From: Callorhinchus milii
Lineage: Eukaryota
Length of the DNA stretch: 64,000 bases
Direction: 5' to 3'
Assembly: GCF_018977255.1 (NCBI RefSeq)
Contig: NW_024704742.1
Location: 114,206,001-114,270,000, forward strand
The notes beneath the pieces were generated by a model. It was not told the DNA's origin and made no database searches. It saw nothing but the letters and a program-made list of their open reading frames with translations. Shown here piece by piece: positions 38,301-49,833 of this stretch (the stretch's first letter is position 1; every line of letters begins with the position of its first letter). Position numbers and translations under genes: made by a program.

Positions 38301-40853
38301 GAACAAGTTATCTGCTGCTAATATGCAATCCAAGTACTCAATGAGCTAATGTTGTGATATCTCTTTCACTTAAGTGGTTGCATGTTATAAGACGAGACAA
38401 ACAACTTGGATGAATAAAACTGTTCATCCCAGTTCTGAAGAACAACTCATCTATACTCTAAAAACAGATAAAATATAAAAGAGCCCTGATGCACTCAGGG
38501 TTCCAATGAAGCTTAAAGAGATAATAGTATTTTGACCTGGTTCAGTGAAAAAGCTTCCCAGTTTGAAAGTCGTGGCTGATTTTGTACAAACCACGTCTCG
38601 TACAACAATTGCTAGCACACTCAAAATATTTCTTGAGAACAAGCCAGTTCTTCCCAGAACCCAATCACAATACTCTGAATCACAACATTAAATATGCCAA
38701 TAAATATGGCACGACATCACAAAATTCACAAAATAAAAGTCGTCATATTTCAGCAAATTGCTACTAATGGAAGCGAACTATAACCACCTCAGCAATTAGC
38801 ATTGTATTCAGACTGAATACCTCAAAATCAGGTACGATAACTACGTGTTTAACTTGGTATTGGTATTACATTTCTGGTTAATATATAAACCATTTTCAAA
38901 AGATAATACAAGATAAAAAGGTCTGACTGACCATGTTACCCTTTGTTTTAGGGTGTGGTGGTGCTTATTTTTTATTTTGCTTATATGTATCATTTCCTCA
39001 TGCGAGCAAAAAGATAAAAAAATAAAATGATTGGTTTGTTTTAGAGAAACTCCGCTTCGGTTTGTTAGGGCCTTTCCAAATGAGAAAACACAGGGAATGG
39101 ATTACATTTACAAATCTTCTTCTTTGTTATTCCGCTTAGTGTTCACTGATTGGGAAAAGAACACATCCAAGTGTACAATTGCTCACAATTCAATACTTGT
39201 TACTAGGGATCTATTGACACAATTATAAGCAATATCTAGATTACTAATACTTTTGACAGTTATACCAATTGCCATTTTCTGCCTGGTGTTCTGCAGTCAA
39301 TATCACTAGTTCACATGCCTGAGTCCCCGGGCAATTAAAAAAAATAGGTTCTATACTTGAATTCATGGTCTACAATATAAAATTTACTAGCAACACCAAA
39401 GTATCAACTGCATAATTAGAGTCTGGAGTTACCCTCTAACTGTTACCAGCATTAGTATAATTCTTTAACATGCATGATAAAATGTATTTTATAATCACAA
39501 TTCCTTTTGGGAAAATCTCAGTAAATCCCCTTGAAACATATTATCTTCCTTTTATGTGGTCCGAGAACAGAAAAAGTTGGCCTGCAATTTGTACAAAATT
39601 TACTTTTACACCAATTCCATTCTCAGACCAGAACATTTTCCCATAGAAAAAGGCCCTAACTGCAGTAACTTTGAGAACCCTCACTCACACACATACAAAA
39701 CAAAAACAAACAAAAAACTTCAGTTTGTTACAATCTACACATAATGTACATTTACAATATATCATTTTGCACAGAAGGAAGAAGAATAAGGAATACATGA
39801 AAATTTACAAAAGATAGTTTCATTTTCAATTTTTTTTAAAAAGAGGTAATGGCTAAAATGCAGATCTTTATGGGGCAACATTAAATTAGGAAGAATGGCC
39901 ATTGTCTAATAGTGGTGGACTGAGGTCACACAATTTACCATCAAATGGTCCTGATTGCATTGACAGACCACTACATCTCAGCATATTTTACTGCTATTGA
40001 GGGGGTGGGATTAAAAGCAGATGTCTGCAATTACCGAGCTGCTACAACTATAGCACTTACTAGTTTTTGTCAGTAACCATAAGCACATTCAGTCTAGTGT
40101 TCAAACAGTGATATGCTGGGACTGTAGTTAAGGACCTAAACCCACCACTGCACTCTACAATTAAAAAGACAGGCTCACTCCTATTTCACAGGACAATTAA
40201 CGTAGTTCTAATTCAAAGAATGACACTTACTGAACACAACACTAACTTTTAAGATATTTATTTTGTTTCATTTTTCCCTTCCACATTTATCTTGTATTTG
40301 GCTAATTCCAATTTGAGAAATCGTCTATATTATTCTGCTAACTAGGACTTTTTTATATCAACAATGTCTTATAAAGCATAAGAGAGGAATCATCAGTGCT
40401 TGTTTATGCATTACAAAACTACAATGAGCGTATTCTGATAAGTAGATTACAAAATTAATTTAGAAGGGAAAAACAAAAGAAAACAGTATCAAGTTAAGCT
40501 GCGTTTGTGATTGTATTCTTTCAAACAGCTGAATTAAGCATACCATGTCTTGTTATACTGTGGGAGGTCATGTAAGTTACTGTGTGTTGCCTAATTCAGG
40601 CATCTCCTACATTTAAATGGTTGAACTGTTCAGTCTCTGAGGTTTTGTAAACTTAAAAGAATGTTTTGGACCCGCTTTCAGTACACAATGAGACACTGCT
40701 GTCATTTCAGAACAACAACAGGTCTTTCCTAGAATCGAAACATCTGTTTTCTGTAGACCTTTGTAAAATATTTCATTCTTCTCTTGGATGCACTTATTTC
40801 ATTGTTTAAGAGGGCAACCCATTCTGGTCTTGATCAAGAAGATGGATACAAGA
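35360..40853 (-). other. SSBP2: Probable long SSBP2 3' UTR (distal end uncertain)
   Basis: Directly follows the stop codon, is AT-rich and has no recognisable repeat for about 5.5 kb. Minus-strand poly(A) hexamers: AATAAA at 40257-40262, 36856-36861 and 36788-36793, and ATTAAA at 35379-35384. Confidence 0.55.
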
Positions 40854-40883
40854 TCACACACTCATCGTCATGCTTGGAGAATA
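40854..40883 (-). CDS. SSBP2: SSBP2 terminal coding exon, YSPSMTMSV-stop
   Basis: ttttattctccacag|TATTCTCCAAGCATGACGATGAGTGTGTGA, the conserved SSBP2/3 C-terminus. Confidence 0.95.
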   Translation of the reverse strand, partial: YSPSMTMSV

Positions 40884-41595
40884 CTGTGGAGAATAAAACA
40901 AATCAGAATGTGAAGATCATTCAAGAATCCTGACAGTTCATAGATCATGAAAGTAATCACCAGCAAAAAAGAGAAGCCACTTTGTGATTTGGTTAACCAA
41001 AATATTCTACAATTTTAAATCATTTTATAAAATGGTATTGAACAAAGGATCATTAGTTGACACCCACATTTGGTGTTTCGTTTAATTTCTGCCGTAACAC
41101 AAATATTCGAATGACTTCAACAAAGTGCTATTACAATAATGGCCACTGTAGTGATAAATGGGTGCAGTCTGTGCTCCTCAATACAAATAACTTATTTTAA
41201 GAGATGGGGGGTTGGTTGTACTGATGTCAAACAGCCAATACCTGCTAAAATGGTAAAACCTTATAGCTATGTGCAAAGTTGATAGAAGCATATACAAGGT
41301 CCAAGCTCTGAGTAATAAGATGGTTTTAGAAGCTCACGAGTGCATGAAGAATATGTTTTTAATCAATAAGATGTTAAGTTCATTCTATTCATTCAAATGT
41401 TTAATCAAGGATAATCTCCAGGCTTCAGTATATTAGACCTTTTGGAATTATTTAATTACTGACAAGGTGACAGTTCTACCTTACTGGTGTGTTATTTCAT
41501 TTTTATGATAACAGATTTTCAAAGTTAAGAATCAGGAAAAGGAATTTCACCATCAAGAGTGTTGATAAGCAGTAGTTAAATAATATTGGTTAGAT

Positions 41596-42465
41596 AGTGC
41601 TCTAACCACTAAGCTACATGTGGGTTCCTGCACCTTAGTGGTTAGAGCACTCATTTCGCAAGCGAGTACAACAACAAAATTATATTTGTATAGCGCCTTT
41701 CACGTCGGAAGGACGACTCAAGGCACTGGACAGTCAGTGTTTCGGACCCGAGCTGGGGGTTGGGGTCGGAGTGGGTGGGGAGCAGGGAGCAGGAAAGCAG
41801 GGTGATCGAAAGCACAATCGAAGAGGAGGGTCTTGAGATGGATCTTGAAGGAAGCAAGGGAGGGGGTGAGGTGGAGGGAGTGCGGGATGGAGTTCCAGAG
41901 GATGGGGGCAGAGTGGCAGAAGGCCCGCCCGCCAAATGGTGCGGTGGACAAAGTGGGGGATGGGAAGCAGCCCGGAGCCTGCTGAGCGAAGGGAGCAGGC
42001 AGGATAGTACTGGGTTAGGAGATCGCAGATGCAGAGCGAGCAAAGCCATGGAGGGCTTTGAAGGTGAGGACCAGGATCTTGAACTGTATCCTCTGTGTAA
42101 TGGGAAGCCAGTGGAGTCAGGCGAGGATTCCCAGTCAATTTCTAGGTTTGATTCCCAGTCAGGGCAAAAACATTGGGCAAGTTTTCTTACTCCACACTCC
42201 TCTGTTTACCTAGCATTAAGGAGGAATCCTGTTGTTAGTCGATTGGCGGATCGCTTTTCTGGGTGTAATAATGGCTTCAAAATTAATAATAATTTAGTAA
42301 CACATTCCATGACTGTTTGTGGGACATGGCTGTGCGCAAATGGCTGCCGTGTTTGTCCCACAAAATGTAGTCAAATCACTTTACAGTATATTGTGTGAAG
42401 CGCTTTGAGACGTCTAGAAGATGTAATAAAGCGCTATATCAAATGCAAGGATTATTATTATTATA
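41596..42465. mobile_element. Long-subfamily SINE (plus; 41620-41666 and 42141-42465) interrupted by an L2 fragment (minus; 41668-42125)
   Basis: The SINE head stops after the anticodon arm, an L2 (CAA)n tail begins, and the SINE resumes at the B box. Confidence 0.85.
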
Positions 42466-42469
42466 AGCA

Positions 42470-43051
42470 ACCAACAACAATTTACATTCGTATAGCGCCT
42501 TTCACATCGGGGGACGTCCTAAGGCTCTGGACAGTCAGGGATTTGGACCCGAGCACGGGGTTTGGATCGAGAGGAGGGTGGAGCGCAGGGAGAGTAGGGT
42601 AGGAGGGTGTGGTCAAAGAGAAGGGTCTTGAAACATAGAAGGCAAGGGGGAGCAGAGAAGTGGAAGGCCTGACAGCCAATAATGGAGCAGGCCGGGCGGA
42701 GGATATAATAATAATTTCTTGCATTTGATATAATGCCTTATCACGTCTTCAAGACGTTGCAAAGCGCTTCACAGAATATATTGTAAAGTGAATTGACCGT
42801 ATATTTTGTTGGCGAAATGCAGAGCCATGTTCCACTGTACAATGAACACTTTAAAAGCCTTCATTCTATAAGCATCTTTTGTCTGTCATGTTCCACTATA
42901 CAATGAACATTTTAAAAGCCATTTGTTCCATAATATAAACAGAGGCGTGTGGAGTAAGTAAACCTGCTCAACATTTCGCCCTGCTGGGAATTGAACCTAG
43001 GTCTCTCGCTTGCAAGGTGAGCGCTCTAACCATTGAGCTACATGACTCCAC
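42470..43051 (-). mobile_element. L2 tail fragment (42470-42700) and a SINE (42706-43051) whose middle is replaced by foreign sequence
   Basis: SINE tail at 42706-42825 and head at 42945-43051 flank a templated insert. Confidence 0.8.
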
Positions 43052-44323
43052 AATGGAGTAGGCCGAAGCCGACTAAGCGGAGGGACGGACAGGTTGATAT
43101 GGGGTTAGCAGTTCACAGAGGTAGGAAGGAGACTATGAGTAAACCTCCAAGACGTTAAAACTGAAATTTCCAAACCCTCGGCTAACCAAACAAAACTTTG
43201 GGTTATTAATCCAATTTTTTGAGTTATGATTACAATTACAACCCGCTACATCATCGGGGAGAAGTAGTGATGCTGTGTAGTGTAATGTCAGATCCCTTTT
43301 GTCTCGTCTTATCTTTCTAATTTTCAATACCTCACCTGCCCCCTTTCTTTTCCAGCCTTGCCAGTGGAAACTCCTTCATTCTATAAGCATCTTTTGTCTG
43401 TCATGTTCCAGTAACCAATGAACACTTTAAAAGCCATTTGTAATTCCTTAACGGATTTCTTTTTGTGTTGTCCAGATTCCTTTTAACACTATCAATCTCC
43501 CTAATACCATTCCAAAGTCCATACAATTGCTAGATAACCAGGGAAGCGGGAAAACATTTGAGTAAATACACAACGTAACATTAGAATTACTATGAGTAAA
43601 CTAATAGTCTTATTTGACTATTTAAATTAAACCATGATCCTCAATATTGTTTACGACTAGTGAAACATTTGATCCAGAACAGAGTTCTTCACAACTCCTC
43701 TACCCCCACCCCCCACACCTCCTTTTCCATTTATCACTTTCATTTTCTATTGTCAATCCAGTTAACTAATTTAGCCTTAATTCCATAAATCTTGCTTTTC
43801 CTATCAAACCCACTGGATAGCTTTCACTCACGAGTTGACGTTGCTTCCAATACGAGACTACTATTGTCTATAGCTCCTGTGCTCTTGAAATGAGCAATAA
43901 TAAGAGTGCTCTCAAGTTTTCCCCACAATGAATGTTGCCCAAGTTGGTCATCATCCCTGAGGTCATCTCTCACTCCTTCTTTGAATATCAGGATAATATT
44001 CATTATCCTCAGTGACAACCATCCATTTGTGTGGCTGCTAAACATATTAAACCAGCACCTCGCCTATTTCTTCTTCTGGTTCCACAAATATTCTAATGAT
44101 ATATGTCATCTACTCCAGGACACTCATAGAGATATCTGAAGTCCAGATTCCTTGACCATGCCTTCTGGATGAAGGAGAACATGTTGTTCCTAGATAACCA
44201 GCCAGGGAAGTGGAAAAATATTTGAGTAAATACCCAAGGTAACATTAGAATATTATGAAAATATTGACCACAATTGAGGACCATAAGAGTAAACTATCAA
44301 ACCTCTTGGTACAGAAATGACTT

Positions 44324-44643
44324 TAATAATAATAATAATCCTTGCATTTGATATAGCGCTTTTCACGTCGGGAGGACGTCCCAAAGCGCTTCACAGAACA
44401 CTGTAAAGTGAATTGACTGTATATTTGTGGGCGAACGCGGCAGCCAATTGCGCACAGCAATGTCCCACAAACAGTCGTAGATTGAAAATGACCAATTTAT
44501 TATTGTTTTTGGTTTTGGAGGGATTATTATTAGGCTCTGTGTGGAGTAAGGAAACTTGCCCAAGGTTTCGCCCTGCCTGGAATTGAACTCAGGTCTCTGA
44601 CTTGCAAAGCGAGTGCTCTAACCACTGAGCTACAGGACTCCAC
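44324..44643 (-). mobile_element. Full-length young tRNA-Ala SINE
   Basis: Reverse complement of the family consensus. Confidence 0.93.
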
Positions 44644-45059
44644 AAATACTTTGAGTATTCACAGGGCTTAAAGACTGGAACCATTATTGTACACTCAATT
44701 CACTTATACTAAAGAAAAGGTAATAATTCAATTCAGTGCCTTCACTTGAAATCCATATTAGTTTTATTACATTGCTGCCACCATTTATAATAATAACCTT
44801 TGCATTTGGTTTAGGGTCTTGTCATCGAAATGTCTCAAAGCGCTTCACAGGATTCACTCTAAGAGGTGTAATGAATGTATATTTTCAGGCGAACGCAGCA
44901 GCCAATTTGCGCACAGCAATGTCCTACAAACAGTGAATGACCAAGTAATTTACCAATTTAAACTGGAGGACTCTTGGCTAAGATACTAGGAGACACTTCT
45001 TGGATTTAGCAGTACTGCATGGATTTTTAGGCAATTATAATATTTAGTCCTTGATGAGG

Positions 45060-46380
45060 TCCATCTCCACTACAACATCCACTATGAAGACTGCTGCACC
45101 CCCATTGTAGCTGAAACTATCATCCATGCTTTTATCACTGTCAGACTTGATTTCTTCAATGTCCTTCTCGCTGGCCTTCTCAGCTCAAGCCTCCACAAGC
45201 TCCAGATCATCCAGAACTCTGCAGCCCATATGCTTTCCCCCCAAAAAATGCCTGAGCCCTAACTGATTTTACTGGCTCCCTATTCCCCAGCAAAGTTGAC
45301 TGTAGGGCCCTTGTTTTAATTTTCAAGCACCTCCACATCCTTGTACTATCTTACCTCTGTGGTATCCTGTGATCCTATTCCTCCACTGCTTCCTTCTACT
45401 TTGCTAACTCAGGTTTCCTGCACTTCCCTTGCCCATATCAGCCACTTCACCCCTGTTCTCTGGAACTCTCCCTGAATCCTGCTGCCTCGCACCTTTTCTC
45501 TCCATTTTCAAAACTGTTCTAAAAGCTTACTTCTGACTGCACCTTTAGTCACCCATAACCCTCCATCTCTGTGAAGTTCTTTTAAATATTTTTACATGAA
45601 GGATGCAAGTGAAGTTGTTATTTTTGTTGATATATTTTTAAAAAATTCAGTTTGCTGGGTGAAACTACATTCTCAAACATCACTGTGTTTAGTACGAGCA
45701 AACACTACATTGTTAGAGGTGTTATCATTTGGATACGAAAACTGAGTCTGTTCTGGTGTTCTGCCGATTCAGGTGGACGTGAAAATCCCATGGCACTTGT
45801 ATAAGTGAAGTCAACTGTATCTTTATCAAAATACATCTGCCACTCCTTGGCCCATCTGTTTAATTGGTTCAGATCATCTTGAGTATCATTTATCCTAATT
45901 CATCTGACTATATAGCTTGGTACCATCAGCAAATATTGCATTACAAGTTGTGTTCTACTTGAAGTCATGTATGAATAATGCATGCAACAGGGTCTCAGAA
46001 CAGACCCCTTGTGGAACTCCACTAAAACCTGCCCCTTCAGACAGAGCTTCTATCATTTAATACCTTCTTCTGCTTCCACATGCTAAACTAATTTTCAACG
46101 CAACCAGTTAATTTTCCATTTATTCTGAGCTTTTACCTTCTTTTTAAAAGCCTCATATGTGGAACTTTATTAAATGTCTTTTGAAAATCCAAGCAAACCT
46201 ACCACTGATCCAGTAGTTCACTTACATCCTGTAATAATTTCAATGGATTTGTGAAGCATGATCTATTGTTTATAAATTTATGTTGGCTACAACTTCAGCC
46301 TGTGCTGTCTTTAGATGCGCATCAGCAACATCACATCAATTCTTCTCATTTATTTTCTCAACTATACTTATCTTGTCAGC
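45060..46380. mobile_element. Old L2 (about 45060-45620 plus), Deu-SINE piece (about 45670-45800 plus) and CR1 RT fragment (about 45820-46380 minus)
   Basis: AETIIHAFITVRLD (L2). On the minus strand, LDFQKTFNKVPHMRL, GVP.GSVL and FADGTKL (CR1 RT). Confidence 0.7.
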
Positions 46381-46784
46381 TTTAAATCACTAAATTCATT
46401 AAGATATTCATCCACAAAACAAAGACACTCCACTTTACAGTGTATCCTATGAAGTGCTTTGGGATGTCCTGTTGACATGAAAGGCGCTATATCAAACGTA
46501 AGGATTATTAGGAATCAGGCTCCGCCGCTGTTAAGCGCTCTGAGACGCTAACCTGCATGAAGGGCACTATATAAGTGCAAGTTGTATTATTAATATTATA
46601 ATATTCTAAGATAGCCAAATTTCCAAATCATATTTTCTGTCAATGTATATAAAAACACCTCAAGTCACCTTTTAAAATATACTTCATGTACTTGGTCTAT
46701 TTAATGCTTATTCAAATCATGTTTAACTCTGGAAATAATTTTTTAGCTATGAAAACTCTACCAAAACAGTGATGAGAATGCAAA

Positions 46785-46801
46785 GACAGCAGAGGGCACC
46801 G
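46785..46801 (+). promoter_or_regulatory. Candidate CTCF site
   Basis: GACAGCAGAGGGCACCG resembles the CTCF core CCASYAGRKGGCRS and is a GC-rich motif in AT-rich unique intron sequence. Motif match only. Confidence 0.35.
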
Positions 46802-47044
46802 TTTGATTATTGAAAACACAAAGTTATAAAAACTGAAATCTTCCGATTAATAATGGAATTGCATTATTGTGTACAAATTACTGTATGTGGATAACTACAG
46901 AGAATAGTTACAGCAGAAGATCTAACTATATAAGTTTGTTTATCTACAAATAGTCACTACACTTTACAGTTATATACGCTGAACCTCTGATACATCTTCC
47001 CAATGTGGATAGTACTAAATCAAATATAAGGATTATTAATATAA

Positions 47045-47470
47045 TAGTAATAATAATAATCCTTGCATTTGGTATAGCACCTTTTACGTCAGGATAACAT
47101 CCCAAAGCGCTTCACTGGATATATATTGTAAAGTGGAGTGACTAAATACTTTGTGGGCGAATACAGTAGCCAAATAGGTACAGCAATGTCTCAAAGAGCC
47201 ATGGAATGCATGATCAATTTATGAGGGTCATTGTTGACCAGGACACCAGGAGAAACTTCTTTCTCTTTTCAAATTGTTCCTTGGGATCTTTAGCATCCAT
47301 CTGAATTGGAGGATTTCGTTTTTAACTTCTCATCTAAAGAATAGCACCTCCAACAATACAGCGCACCCCAGAACTGCAGCGTGGACTACGGGTTCCAGTC
47401 CCGACAAGGGGCTTGAACCCACAAGCTTCCAGATCAGAAGCAAGAGCTCTACTAACTGAGCCAGCCTAAC
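47045..47470 (-). mobile_element. Old full-length Deu-domain SINE
   Basis: tRNA-like head, Deu core and L2-type tail with (TTA)n. Confidence 0.8.
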
Positions 47471-49734
47471 ACTTTTACTTATTACATGTTGTGCAATAGA
47501 AACATTACAATTTGTCCGCAAGACTAACAGGAAATTTTCTATGGTACATTTTGGAATCGATTTGTAAGCTTTATAAATTAAACCACAAATGCCATTTCTC
47601 AAATTATACTTTTCATATGTTGGATTTCAATGGGACGTGGAAGGGACTGTCCAAATCCAGGAAATCCACTCCTTCCCTTTCTCACCAGTCAATAATTCAT
47701 TCCAACTCTTATTGTATATAATGCCAACTGAAAATATAGTACATAGCCCTGATAGTGTACGTGTAAGGTATCAGTGGGTGAAGGACAGAATGAAGACAAT
47801 AAACTGACGACCCAAGATGTAGATCAGTTTTGAATTTTCTTTTTGAATTTTTTTCTGTCTAGAAATTAAGTCAAATTGAAAAAATAACCATGGAGCTAAG
47901 AAAATAATGCTATTCCCTGAGCAGCAGTTATAATAGTAGCCTTTGGTGATGTCAATATTTCCTGTCTACCTACTGAATGTAATACAAATCTGTCAGACTT
48001 CTCAAGTTATTGAGGGGAAACTAGAAATCAATATAACAGAGGGAACTGTCTTTGATTGGTTGAGCATTATCATGCTGTTGAAACAAATTATTAATAATTA
48101 ATAAAGCACTTAGGTACATTTACAAACAGAATGTTTGACACATTTGCAGACATTTATCATGTTACTGAGGTGCAACTAAAAATCGCAAGAGACATTTGCC
48201 ATGAATTTCAGGGAAGGCATTCATCAACAATTGCTTGGTGCAGAGAACTGGGAGGTGCAGTGAGGAGGCATACTGTACTTTGACCTTTCAGACTCCATTT
48301 GAAATCCAGTCTGAATTAATGAGATTGTAATCTATTTTATAGGAAGGCTCATATGTGATATGGGTCTCAGCAATATCAAGTCATGATACTGACCAACAAC
48401 ATAAACCACCCATAGTTCTGCAGAAATGCATTCGCATTCAGAGAAACATATTCACAATGGTTCCTCTCCTTAATCAATTTATTATCCCCATTCCTTTTAG
48501 ATACAGTTAAACAACAAAGGTTTAACATTAGGATGTATTGTACATCATTTTGTTTAGCTGAAATCCCTCAAATCCTACAAATGAACATTTTAAACTGATT
48601 GCATATCTAAAAAAATGTGCTTTTTATTCACAAAATTAAAATACACATTGCACAAACAATGTTACAAAAATGCTTAGTGAAACAGGTTTCATGATTGAAG
48701 AGGATAACATTCATGGGGGAAGTTATTTTAAGTTAAACTAATCTACATTTCCTTCCATAATAAGAATACCCTGTAATAAGACACTCATCAATACACCATC
48801 ACAGCCTTATACAATTACAGCCTCATAGTGGTCTGACATTTTGTGTCACCTGGACTAAACAGACCCAAGTACCAGTTAATACTGAGGTTTTGAATGCAGA
48901 AAAGGCACTGGCAAGCATGAAATATGCCAATTCCTACTCATTTGAGACAAAATTCCAAGATGTCTCCAGGCACTTGTAATTATAGTGACAAATTAGGGAA
49001 TATGGTAGTACGGTCTACGAAATTACATATACCATACAGCATGGAAACACGTCATTTGGCCCAACTAGTTTGTACCAATCTTTAGACTGCACACGAGTCT
49101 CCACCCTTCCTAATTCCTTCTTCCATCACCCTCTATTCCCTTCTCCATTACGTTTCCTCTTAAATGCGTTAATGCTTTCTGATTCAACCACAGCTTCCAG
49201 TAATGGTGAATTGATAAAATCTTAATTTTTAAAAAAAAATTTGGAACAGAACATTAATCAGCACAGAATCCTACTGCAAACTACAACTCATTAGCCCTGC
49301 CAATAAGAAAAAAGCATTTAACAAAAGCATTAGATTTTAAAAAAATTGCAACAGTTTAGTTGAGAAAGCACATACAAGCATAAATATTCAGCAAAAAATT
49401 AAACAGTCAGAGCTCAGAAACAAATCTCATCATAGACCAGTTAAATTGGAAAAAGAAGGTAAAAATGGCTTGTGAGGTGGTCATTTGCAAAGGTAGAGGT
49501 AACTTTAGTGGAAAATTATATTTCCTGATCATGGGTCACTGCATAGGTTACTGCAAATTAAACAGAGAAAATAGTCCAAGTTTACAAAGTAATTCAGTTA
49601 GATTTAGTGGGTTTTAAAAGAAACACTTGAAAGTGAACTATCGCTGTTTAACTTCTTATTTTATTGGGAGTTATAAAAAGCTGGTGATAAACAATAAAGA
49701 GGCTATTAAAAGAAAAATGCACAACAATACTCAC

Positions 49735-49833
49735 GCTGTCACTCTGAAAGGGGTTCAAGAAGTTTCCACCCATCTCTCCATCATCACGTGGAGTACCAGG
49801 CGGGTTACTCATACTTATGTTACTGGGAGAATT
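49735..49833 (-). CDS. SSBP2: SSBP2 penultimate coding exon, [33 protein letters not shown]
   Basis: gctcatag|AATTCTCCC...AGTGACAGC|gtgagt, 99 nt, phase 0/0. [13 protein letters not shown] is SSBP2-type. Confidence 0.95.
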
